Below, in pieces: positions 10,150-20,960 of a stretch of 36,270 nt of DNA. How positions within the stretch are numbered: position 1 is the first letter of the stretch; each line of letters begins with the position of its first letter. The notes under the pieces were generated by a model. The model saw nothing but the letters and a program-made list of their open reading frames with translations. It did not search any database and was not told the DNA's origin. The position numbers and the translations under genes are program-made. The DNA is from Octopus bimaculoides (lineage: Eukaryota). The DNA is taken from positions 31,502,629 to 31,538,898 of the forward strand of contig NC_068991.1 of NCBI RefSeq assembly GCF_001194135.2. Reading direction: 5' to 3'.

Positions 10150-11880
10150 TCAACATTTAATTCTTGAGAAAGTATTACATATCTATATTGTCCCAGATAT
10201 CGTGATCATTTGTAGAGTATGAATTAGAGTTGCATTCCTCTCCAAGAACCCAAGTTTAGCCAAACTTTGTTTCAGGCGGGAGAGTAGATATCTTCTTCAT
10301 TCTGTAATAACAGGTGTAAAGCTGGAAATGCATCTTGGCTATCGGATTTTCAAACACCTTATCAATATTCCATAAACTCTCTTTCTCCTCTAATTTTTCG
10401 ATTACATTGGCGTTCAGTGAGCAGCTGATTTTCGCAACAGAATACAGTAATTCCTAGATATCGCGGGTGTTACGTTCCAAAACCCCACCGCGATAGGCGA
10501 AAGTCCGCGATGTAGAAACAGTACTGTACTGTATATTTCTTTTATTATTTTTATAATTTCTATATATTTATTCTATTATAAATGTAAAACAATACCACGG
10601 TGGAATCAGCGTAATCTTAAATAATAAACCGCGATATGGTGAGGGATTGCTGTATATTTATTTCTTTTAGTCTCACACAATATTTGGCCGGTTGTGTTTT
10701 AATTTGGTGTCTGTTTTATTATTATGTTCCACCAATATTCTTTTGACCATTCAGCCTCGATATAGCCAACTTTGTAAATATTTCATTTTATTCTTGTCCT
10801 ATTCCAGACTGTTCTAGCCACTGCTTCATACCTCATAGGAAAATAATATCTAGAAAACATTCTCTCACAGCTGACAATAATGTGGTTAATGTCTTCAGTT
10901 TTAGTTTTGTACTGCCTACATTTGTTATCTGTCAATATTTTCTATCTTTTATGTCTCAGATACTTCGTAGGGATCTCTTGTTCTTGAATCGCATAGAGGT
11001 AGCCTTCAAAGTGGAATGTCATAAACATGTCAGTATTCCATGCCAAACGTTTTATATAAATTATTCCCTGTATGGCTTAGGTCTTTCGTACTATATTCCC
11101 ATACACTTCTTCAAGTGGATCCTCAGAAAATCTGGGTTTTTTTATATTTTATCATGATAGGTAGAATTTACCAATGCTCTTCGGGGAGAGATCTACATCA
11201 GCTCTTATTTCATGCCTCTCCTCAAGTTCATTATTTATCCTGATGATGTTTTCGTGCTCGCAAACTTTGACAAAATAGTTACTGGCTTCTTTCCTCTGCG
11301 GCAGATGTTTCTCTAGTATCAAAATAGTGCTCTGTAGGACATCAATACAGATTTAAGACCATGGCTATACGTATGCATGGATGTATGTGTGCGTATTCCA
11401 TCCTACCAGGAACTACTAACACATTGATGCCTCATACAACTCTCTAAATACTAACAATTTCATGTGTCCACTTCAAATATGTTTCCCATGGCGCACTTAA
11501 TAAATAAGAACTTTTTTACCACGTCATAACGTCATAGTATCTCCTCTATATTGCATTAGAACTTGTTAATTGTAGTATTTTCTGCGGATCCACCTCAAGT
11601 TTCTCTCCATGTAAAACATTACAGGACACATCCTTTTGTCCAGTCTTCTTGTATTGTTGTCTTGGTGCAATATTAACGATGTCCAGAAATTGGAACCAAG
11701 AATATAAGGTACAGTTTCACATTCACGCTGCCAAAAATATGTTCCATTAGTGTGTAACTATCACATTGAGAGTAGTTAGTGTCGGTCCACCATTTAAGAT
11801 TTAGTAGGAATGGAAATGCATCCTTCATTGATCTCACCACGAATGGCAGCTATCTGACTTCATTTTCAACAATATTTTCC
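10150..11880 (-). mobile_element. Old, frame-broken R4/Dong-clade non-LTR retrotransposon (RT 3' part, CCHC knuckle, restriction-like endonuclease)
   Basis: Minus-strand peptides in correct order: HIFGSVNVKLY (degenerate HLFFVDDLKLY), GLKSVLMSY, FEGYLYAIQEQEIPTKYL, KCRQYKTKTEDINHIIVSC, RYYFPMRYEAVARTVWN, KTDTKLKHNRPNIV, ISCSLNANVIEKLEEKE, FTPVIT..RLKQSLAKLGF, LQMITISGTI*ICNTF. Confidence 0.78.
10445..10652. mobile_element. 208-bp Tigger/pogo-like MITE inserted in the old LINE
   Basis: Left end CAGTAATTCCTAGATATCGCGG; right end reverse complement CAGCAATCCCTCACCATATCGCGG; TA at 10443-10444 and 10653-10654. Confidence 0.85.
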
Positions 11881-12261
11881 AGCGCAGCTTCCTTCACTCT
11901 ATTCTCTCTTGTGCTGTTCATACCTCACTGATTTTGTCCCGCTCACTTCATCTTCTCTCTAACCATGATACCTTCAAATACACTGGCAGAATAAACACTT
12001 GTTTTGTATCTGTTTAAGTTTTGTTTCTTTGGCACAGATTCTTTGTGCATGTGTGCCTGTCGGAATTTGTGTATTGTGTATGTATATTTGTGTTAGTGTA
12101 TAATAGCGCATGTATGTATATATATACAATAGTGGGCAAAATTAGAGAACGAAAATAAAAAATAAAGTTATTTACATTTCTACATAAAATATACAGTAAA
12201 AATCCCATTCGAAAAAATGAAGTAGAAATGTAAATCTTTAATTTTTATATTCGTTCTATAT

Positions 12262-12262
<1 letters not shown>

Positions 12263-12335
<73 letters not shown>

Positions 12336-12357
12336 GTGCGTGCGTGCGTGCGTGTGT
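12263..12357. repeat. (TG)n/(TGCG)n microsatellite
   Basis: Directly visible; a (CTG)n tract lies nearby at about 12518-12547. Confidence 0.96.
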
Positions 12358-13217
12358 AGCGAGACAAAGAGAGAAAGAAAGGAAGAAACAAGACAAGAGA
12401 ATGATATACTCCATTACTCAATTTCTGCAATTGTTATCCACAAATCACATCAAAAGTGGACATCTCACTCCATCTCTTCCTATGCTACTAGTTGTTATTG
12501 CTACTATTGATGTAGCATCTGCTGCTGCTGCTGCTGCTGCTGCTGCTATTATTGTTATTTATTTAAACCCTGTCCATGCTTCCTCCTTTGAAGCAGCCAT
12601 GAAACACATTTTTTTAATCAGTTTCAGTTTTGCTTCAAATGTTCTTTGAGGTAAGATCTTCTCTAAGTTTCAAAATATCGGAAGCGGTTAGCCTTACCCA
12701 CGGATCCCTATCCTTACTCTGTTTTGCTTTGTTCCTTCAGGTTCCTCGAATATCTTTCAGATATAATAATCTCAATAAATCTATCTCTTATTGATACTCG
12801 CCATTTTCTTCTTTCAGTGTCCTTTAATTTATTTCAATCGGAATTATTTTTCTAGAAGCCCTGAAATATTGACGGGGTGCAATATTAGTAGACATTACTT
12901 TGTTTCATTTCACTAATATCCTCGGTTTTGACTTCACTTTTGCTGTCATTTTATAATTCCCAGTGATTAAGATTTATTTATTTTGTTAACATGAAGCACT
13001 TAGCGGGATTTCTTATCTCTGAAAACAGAAAAGATGTTATGTTGGTTTTTATTTCGCGAGATAAACAGAAATTGTTTCTGGAAAACGCCCTTCATCGTTA
13101 GAATCTACTTTAAGTGAAGACATAACAACACACAGCTCTATAGTTTAGATTTCCAAGACTATTCCACCCAGCACAATAACGTTTACGTCCTTGGAAGTTA
13201 ATGACTAACTCTACAAA

Positions 13218-13390
13218 TGGTCACTGCTCGACTTGCAAGAAATAACAGCCACATTTCTGGCAAATCATGCACTCTCATCTTTAAAATAAAAAAAAGTTTA
13301 TATTACATAATGTAGTCCTAGATATACAATAGATGAAGAAGGATGAAATGATTACAGCTGCAGTGTCTTCTCACAGGCTAAAACAACTTG
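13218..13390 (+). repeat. Interspersed repeat family C copy
   Basis: CTGCTCGACTTGCAAGAAATAACAGCCACATTTC aligns with CGCTTGATCTGCTAGAAATAGCCACCAAATCTCC at about 34647-34680. Confidence 0.6.
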
Positions 13391-14456
13391 ATTTCATTTT
13401 TAATACGCTCCCTCCCCCACCTATTCTTTAATTTATAATTCTAATCTCTAAACATATTTGTTTTGCTGTGAACTAAAGCCATATTTTAAGGTGTGCTGTA
13501 CATATCGCTTGCGCCGTGAATGCAGTTCTTTGAAGATTTTATTGATTTGGAAAACATTAACTGAGATTAGTCAAACCTTTCACACACACAGAATATGATG
13601 TAAATACTCATAGTTTTGTGGTGTTGTCCTTATATAGTCGAATCAGTACAATATTCTCTGTTTAGGATAAGCCGTGAAGTCGAAAGGAAATACTTAATTG
13701 ATTTAATGAAGAGGGATTAACAAGGTATTTCTTTCACAAACTGTAGAGGTTTATAGTTAAGATATGAAGTCCTACAATCTCAACTAACATTTTATAGACG
13801 ATTCAGTAAATTTTCCTCAGAGCTACATAAGACATGTACAGTCAGATGACTTGCAAAAAACATGGCGAATTCAAAATCAGAAAACATTAGCTGTTTGATA
13901 GCGAAGAAGTATTTAAACTGCAAGTATATAGAGAAAAGTTCATTACGTTCTTGTATAATTCTTTGTGGAATTCTTCTCATCAGATTTTCGAGCAAAGATG
14001 TTGTTTCCAAAACGATCAATCAAAAGCTTTCTACTCAAAAGCATCATCGACCACAGATATTCTCCCTAAAACCACCGTTTACAGGTGTTGTATCCAAATC
14101 ATCGACCTCGTTATTCTTTTTTNNNNNNNNNNNNNNNNNNNNNNNNNNNNNNNNNNNNNNNNNNNNNNNNNNNNNNNNNNNNNNNNNNNNNNNNNNNNNN
14201 NNNNNNNNNNNNNNNNNNNNNNNNNNNNNNNNNNNNNNNNNNNNNNNNNNNNNNNNNNNNNNNNNNNNNNNNNNNNNNNNNNNTATATCTTGAATTATAT
14301 TGTTTAAAGTGCGCTTCTTATACTTTAAAATTGTCGGCTGTGATGTGAAAGATATCTGACTGCCATTACTAGCATTTCGAGTGACAGAAATGATCGTGGT
14401 TTGGAGTGGAGTTAAGTAAATTTGCAACGAGGAAAAGGCTAACTTCACACATATAA

Positions 14457-14672
14457 TATTGATTCCTAATTTTGGTACCAGAGCAGCAAGTTCAGGGAAG
14501 GGGGTAAGTCGATTACATCCACCCCAGTAACCAACTGGTATTGTTTTATCGACCCAAAAAGATGAAAGGCAAAGTCGACTTCGGTGAAATTTGAAAGCAG
14601 AACGTAAAGACTGATGAAATACGGCTAAGGATTCTGCCCTGCGTTCTAACGATTCTGCCAGCTCGCCGCCTT
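14457..14672 (-). mobile_element. SINE family B copy 1 (tRNA-derived)
   Basis: Minus strand begins AAGGCGGCGAGCTGGCAGAATCGTTAG, has a degenerate B-box, and central GACTTTGCCTTTCATCTTTTTGGGTCGATAAAACAATACCAG. Confidence 0.82.
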
Positions 14673-14685
14673 GTTAACATTTATA

Positions 14686-14900
14686 ACATTGGTTTCAAAT
14701 TTTGACACAAGACCAGCAGCTTCGAGGAGGAGGTAAGGTCGTTACATTGACCCCAGTACTTGACTGGTACTTATTTTATAGACTCCGAAAGGATGAAAGA
14801 CAAAGTTGACGTCGGCGAAGTTTGAAACCAGAACGTAAAGATGAGCGAAATGCCACTAAGCATTCTGCCCGGTGCAATGATTCTACTAGCTGGCCGCCTT
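14686..14900 (-). mobile_element. SINE family B copy 2, head-to-tail with copy 1
   Basis: Colinear with 14457-14672 over ~215 bp (GACCCCAGTAC..ACTGGTA, GATGAAAG.CAAAGT.GAC, CAGAACGTAAAGA). Confidence 0.82.
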
Positions 14901-15099
14901 CCAAACACTGCTAACATTGAAAGGAAAATATTTACCGCCTTATAAATGAAATCCTAACATCAAATTTAATTAAAATTGATAGTTTTATGCAAATGAGTTT
15001 ACTTCTATTCAGGCTTCTACTAATAATTACATTGGTTGGTCCTATTTCATTAAGTCAGGTGAAGGACTCTTTCTGGTTCTCTGCACTCCGAGCACAACA

Positions 15100-15160
15100 A
15101 AAGTCAGCATTAGCTTTCTTCCCTTCGGGGTCGATAAATAAATTACCAACATTGCGGCCT
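15100..15160 (+). mobile_element. SINE family B central-domain fragment, inverted relative to the tandem pair
   Basis: TAGCTTTCTTCCCTTCGGGGTCGATAAATAAATTACCA matches the reverse complement of about 14545-14580. Confidence 0.6.
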
Positions 15161-15167
15161 ATTCTTT

Positions 15168-15174
15168 TTCTTCC

Positions 15175-15207
<33 letters not shown>

Positions 15208-15224
15208 ACTTACTCGCTTTCTCA

Positions 15225-15267
<43 letters not shown>

Positions 15268-15309
15268 CCTCTCTCTCTCTCTCTTTCTTCCTCTCTCTCT
15301 TTCTTCCTC

Positions 15310-15342
<33 letters not shown>
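15168..15342. repeat. (CT)n microsatellite
   Basis: Directly visible. Confidence 0.96.
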
Positions 15343-15929
15343 TCATTTCTATTCAACTATTCATTATATCTCATCTATCTATGTGTTGTCTACTTCCTAT
15401 TGTTAACCGCGAAGGAACTGATCAAATAAAGGGAGGGGAAGGTTATAATTTTGAATTGTTAGGGAACAAAGTAAACGAGAAAAGAATGAAAAAAAAATGA
15501 AGAAATGATTAACAACTAAAACAGAAGATAATAAGGAATGAGTGAGAGTGAGAGAGGCAATGTGTGACCATGCTTTAGAATCCCTTCACTAGTGTGGAGA
15601 AAGTGTGGAGAGAAAGTAATGGTGGAAGAAGTAAGGGAAAAGAAGGCGACGTATCGAGAGATCGAATTATCCTCAGGGTAGATATCTGACCCAAACGCTG
15701 GTTCCAGAATGGCCTTGTGTGAAGACATCGAAGTACCATTTAGAGGGTATTGAACTGAGCGATGAATTAGGTCCAAGATTAAAGAAAAATACAACGAAAG
15801 AAATAAAGTAAGGACGTATACAAAAGAATAAACCATGCCTTAGAGAGAGGAATGTGACAGGGAGGCGTTCATGTATTTCTTCAGAATAATAGCAGGTCAA
15901 GGAAATTTTAAAATTTTAGGAGATATTGT

Positions 15930-16092
15930 TTAACTGTCCTGATCGAACAGACCTATGATCAAAGTCTTCCCAGCCGTGACTTTTGTCATTGTCAAATATA
16001 CAGTGGCTAGAAATACAATACTCAATATGTATTTCATTTAATAAATGATAGAATGTGATTTGAAGGAGATATTTCTTGCCGGTCGAGTAGCG
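15930..16092 (-). repeat. Interspersed repeat family C copy
   Basis: Reverse complement contains CTACTCGACCGGCAAGAAATATCTCCTTCAAATCAC, matching the 13221 and 34641 copies, and carries the GATCGAACAGACCTATGATCAAAG motif. Confidence 0.6.
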
Positions 16093-16129
16093 TCTTAAAG
16101 GCTCTCGTGTTTGGCTCAAAAAGTCAAAC

Positions 16130-16375
16130 CCGTCATCATACCGACATTGTTCTACATATTTTCTAAGGATATCTTAAGAGAATAAAGAAATGGATAGAGT
16201 GACATTCAACCCTTTTTTATATGATGGTAATGAAATTGTTTTAATGGTGATCCAAAATCGGTCCACCAAGAATCGATTTAACTGGCATTTAGCTGTCGTT
16301 CTACAATGGATGAAAACAAACTAGAAGCAAAATGTAATTAAGGTAGAAGAAATGTTGAGCAGAAAGAATATAGCA
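16130..16375 (+). mobile_element. Very decayed CR1/L2-type reverse transcriptase relic
   Basis: VIIPTLFYIFSKDI...SDIQPFLYDG...LAVVLQWMKTN*KQNVIKVEEM resembles GPTLFNIY.ND..LYADD..WM..NKLKLN..KTE.M. Confidence 0.5.
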
Positions 16376-16884
16376 TCTCAAATAACAAGGAATGACAGCA
16401 TGGATTAATAAATGAAAGAATGACGAAAGAAGAGTACAAAGCAACAAGAAAATAAGTCTAGGGACAAAAAATTATAAAACAAAAGATACTAAGATAAAAT
16501 ATGATTAAAAACACTACAAAAATGATAATTATGATAAAAAGAAACTTACTATGTATACTATATAAAGAATCGGCCATTTTGATTCAGTCATTTCTCAGCA
16601 GACGACACATAAATAAATGGCTTCCGGTGATTGATTACATGAAAATTTATTCAAATTGGAAACGGGTTTTATGCAAATAAGTTTCGTTCATAAATCACTG
16701 GAGCAGGAAATTATGCTTAGGTGATACACGGGTGGTTAATTGAACGTCCATTTATAATCACACCCTTAATAGCTAGTTAGGACTCTGCTTCGAGAGTCCC
16801 GCGAAAAATGGATTTCACAATCAAATGACACGAACCATTATTTAAAATCGATATGTGTTTGGTTAATCTTTGTTACTCTAGGAA

Positions 16885-17001
16885 AATAGCATGTGTGCTT
16901 GTAAGTATTTATGCCTGCGTGTATGTGCGTACGTGTATGCATACACAAACACATACACACAAACATACACACATGTATGTGTGTATGAGTTTGTATGTAT
17001 A

Positions 17002-17032
<31 letters not shown>

Positions 17033-17291
17033 GTATGTGTATGTGTATGTGTGTGTATGTATGTATGTATGTATGTATTTATGTATGTATGTATGTATGT
17101 ATGTATGTATGTATGTATGTATGTATTCAAGCAGGTATGTATCAATGTATGTTTTTTTTTGTTCTTTGTTGTTTTGTTTTGTTGGATTTTTAATACTTTC
17201 ACGTAAAGTAAAAATGTTGTACGCATGCAAATCCGTTTCATTCTCCGAACAGGAACTTAGTATATGTATGTGTGTAGGATTCCATGTGTGA

Positions 17292-17374
<83 letters not shown>

Positions 17375-17375
17375 C
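16885..17375. repeat. Compound (TATG)n/(TG)n microsatellite block
   Basis: Directly visible; source of several spurious ORFs. Confidence 0.93.
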
Positions 17376-17594
17376 GCGCACGTATGCGTTTGTTTGTGTG
17401 TTTGTGTCATACGTCTGGTGGTATACTGTTTCATTAGACAAAACATAGGCAGGGTCTGAGAAAACTGGCGTTAATTGAAACATCCTATGTTGAGTGGTGA
17501 ACTGACTTGTCCAACTATATTTCCACATACACACATATACACATACGCATGCACACATACGCACATTCATACACACACAGACACACACACCCAT

Positions 17595-17642
<48 letters not shown>

Positions 17643-18269
17643 ATATATATATTAATATACGCACAATGGCGCGCGCACACACACACACATGAATGTAAGC
17701 ATTACAAGAGCTACTGCTGGTCGGTCAAAACTTATCTTAAATTAAGTTGGCATGCCTACATGACATGTGTGTATGTCATTATTCAGTTTTATTTCAAGAT
17801 TTCTTGCCAATAGAGAAAGAGCGTATTATGTACGTACGTATGTATGTATGTATGTATGTATGTATGCATGTATATTTTTGTGTTATCATGTGTGTATTTC
17901 TCTTATTGTTGCTGTTATTTTTGTATTTGTATGAAGAACGATATTGTTGCTACCAATTAATAAGAAAATCAAATATATACCACACTCCTCTAAGCGACAT
18001 TGACGATGCAATGAACAGGTGCGTCTGAAAATTACTGCTTCATTTAAAACAAACCTTAGACAAGGTCACAGGCTGTATTCTGTTATACGTTGACGTTACT
18101 GTGGATACTAGAATCATTGGTGGAAACTTTGGCTTCAGTAGACCACAGCAGTGTCCAATCCCACAGTGGCGACTTCAAAGATAGATTTATCCCTGTTTAA
18201 CGATGTCTTCAATGCATCACTTAAGGAAACCGTGTGAAATTTACGACACAGAAGCGGATTAATTGCTTT

Positions 18270-18894
18270 GTGGTTAACGCATTATCTCACAAAATTGCAA
18301 TCGACAGTCTGAGTCGTCCTCTAGAAGATCATGTAACAGTCGTGGACGGTACGACTTCAAATTCAATTTATTCATTAGGTGTTGCAAAGAAATTCTCGGT
18401 AAAGACAGCTCCTGAGACGCACGTCGTGTGGACTTTTTGGACTGCTCACAAATATAGCGAATCTCATCTCATTTTCCTGAGTCATAGAAGTGCTAAAACG
18501 TTCAGGTTTCGGTGCATTAATCACTGAACTTGTTTCAAAATTATCTCTTACACGACAAATTATTGAGCGTGTTGGCAGACGGGTGTCAGATGCTTCTTAC
18601 GGAGTTTGACAAACCAATCGACATTTTCAGTCTTCCGGTACTGCTTTAGAATCTACTTTCTTGGTTCTTGACACAAAGTTTTTGCCATCTTTGGCGTACA
18701 TGTAAAAAAGAAAATAAATAATAAATTAAACATGTATATAAAAATAATTGTCTCAGTATAAAATGATAGTCCATAAAATAAAACAGTTTTCCGGACAGCT
18801 TTGAGGAATATTGCTCAGTTCGAGCATTTACGAGATTAAACATACTAAAATAAAAATAAGTTGTAAAGTGTATACCTATCTTGAGGCCACCCTG
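18270..18894 (-). mobile_element. Truncated Tc1/mariner element (5' TIR plus N-terminal HTH of transposase, DUF4817/DD41D-like)
   Basis: TA-CAGGGTGGCCTCAAGATAGG end at 18894. Minus-strand frameshifted peptide MAK..RK*ILKQYRKTENV..RVRDNFETSSVINAPKP..SMTQENE..STRRASQELSLPRISLQHLMNKLNLKSYRPRLLHDLLEDDSDCRLQFCEIM. No second TIR seen. Confidence 0.82.
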
Positions 18895-18954
18895 TATATA
18901 TATACATACATACATACATATATGTATGTATATATATATATGTATGTATATATG

Positions 18955-18999
<45 letters not shown>

Positions 19000-19199
19000 N
19001 NNNNNNNNNNNNNNNNNNNNNNNNNNNNNNNNNNNNNNNNNNNNNNNNNNNNNNNNNNNNNNNNNNNNNNNNNNNNNNNNNNNNNNNNNNNNNNNNNNNN
19101 NNNNNNNNNNNNNNNNNNNNNNNNNNNNNNNNNNNNNNNNNNNNNNNNNNNNNNNNNNNNNNNNNNNNNNNNNNNNNNNNNNNNNNNNNNNNNNNNNNN

Positions 19200-19490
19200 G
19201 TGAGTGGATTTGGTAGACGGAAACTGAAAGAAGCCCGTCGTATATGTGTGTGTATATATATATATATGTGTGTGTTTGTGTGTCTGTGTTTGTCCCCCCA
19301 CCATCGCTTGACAACCGATGGTGGTGTGTTTACGCCCCCGTAACTTAGCGATTTGGCAAAAGAGACCGATAGAATAAGTACTAGGCTTGCAAAGAATAAG
19401 TCCTGAGGTCGATTTGCTCGACTAAAGACTGTGCTCCAGCATGGCCGCAGTCAAATGACTGAAACAAGTAAAAGAGTAAAAGAGTAAAGA

Positions 19491-19492
<2 letters not shown>
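19200..19492 (+). mobile_element. SINE family A, 3' two-thirds (head lost in the gap)
   Basis: Reverse complement of 2941-3205, including the internal microsatellite and tail GTGCTCCAGCATGGCCGCAGTCAAATGACTGAAACAAGTAAAAGAG. Confidence 0.9.
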
Positions 19493-19523
<31 letters not shown>

Positions 19524-19992
19524 CGCTATATTAAATCTCTGAGCGAGATGTAAAGAGTAGCAATACGAAATCGAAATATATAATTGTCAACCAAGTATGG
19601 CATCCTTTTCGGGACAGTGCTACTGACGTTTATAGCCCCAAGAAGACATCTCCTCCAGCTGGCTAACGACAAACATTCTGTGTCCGATTAGTTTTTGCGA
19701 GGAAATATCATCACTCCCATCCTTAGCCTTAAGTGATACACACGGACTCGAGTTTCTGGGTGGTTACCCGTCCGCAGCGTGTGTTAATAGCCAGCGAGTG
19801 AGGTGAATGACCTCCCCTCGCAAATAATAATCGGACACAATGTGTGTCGTTAGCCAGCTGGAGGAGATGTCTTCCTGGTCCTATAAACTTCAGTAGCACA
19901 GTCCCGAAGAGGACGCCACATTTGGTTATCAATTATATGTTACGATTTCGTATTGCTACTATTTACATCTCGCTCAGAAATTTAATATAGCT
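19524..19992. mobile_element. ~470-bp foldback MITE with ~178-bp inverted arms and TA flanks
   Basis: 19524-19702 is the reverse complement of 19816-19992 (about 18 substitutions and one 2-nt indel by hand count); TA at 19522-19523 and 19993-19994. Confidence 0.88.
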
Positions 19993-20465
19993 TATTTCTT
20001 CCTTTTCGAGATCAGCAACGTTTCGTCGCTGGAAAAAACATAAACCCAAAAGTTAATAATTAAAACACTTCATACATATTAAATATTCGTTATCCTTACA
20101 TGCTTTAATGCTAAACTTATACCAGTAATTTAATAGATAATGCTAAAATATCCTTATTAAATCAGAAATTAATAAAGGAATACCAATAATTAACAATTAT
20201 CATTAAAAACCTTGTTACGGTTAAAGCCAAATATATAATTCTTTTAAAAATAATATAAAATATAAAGTATTACCACTTACATGTTATTTGGACACACGAG
20301 GTTCAAGTCAACTATTTCGTGAAAGTACTTTAACTATTTGGTGGCGTGGTACATAGTCTCCGACTTTCTTAAATGTCTTTAACTATTTTGGTGACCTAGT
20401 ACGCAATTAGAGTGACTTGTAAACAGTCCACATATGGACAACCTACAATCCAAATCATTAGACGT

Positions 20466-20920
20466 TTACAAATATTTACTAAATTGATGGTTAGATATTA
20501 CACCATATTTATTTAAAATTTCCAGTCTCCCACCTAAACAGCGATTAAACGTTTTAACTAATTTACCATTCTTATACCCTTGTTCTACTAAATGTCTCAA
20601 CAGTTTATTTATTCTTTCCAAAAATCTATTAGTATTATTTATAATAGTGCCATACCTGATAATCTGGCCTGAAAAAACACCATAACCTGTGAAAGGAATT
20701 CTGCTACTGAACCATGGCATTGAAGCTACTTGGAAACCAAAATCTTCTGTTTTATTATAAATGTCAGTACATTTCACATTATTATCCTTAATTACTAAAT
20801 TGGCATCTAAATAATTAATATTGTTTCTATTATTACCATTTCTGGTGGTCCTAAGCTCACTAGGGTATATTTTTATAAGTAAAAATTCAAAGAAACCATA
20901 ATCTATACTATAAATTGCAG
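20466..20920 (-). mobile_element. Penelope-like element RT C-terminal half, Naiad-like
   Basis: Open minus frame IKIYPSEL..INYLDANL..IYNKTEDFGF..SRIP..YGVFSGQIIRY..LVEQGY..NKYG..stop, resembling the YDKRDDF..SNIP..YGV.ISQLIRY thumb. No GIY-YIG motif seen after the stop. Confidence 0.82.
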
Positions 20921-20925
20921 TGTTC

Positions 20926-20960
20926 TTGATTGCTTGATTGATTGATTGATTGATTGATTG
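20926..20960. repeat. (GATT)n microsatellite
   Basis: Directly visible. Confidence 0.9.

Noticed and set aside
10950-11880. Initially read as a Penelope RT (KCAMG, TLNV motifs)
   Set aside because: Other frames give a much more coherent R4/Dong series (FEGY..QEQEIPTKY, CCHC knuckle, RPNIV), so the Penelope-like matches are chance.
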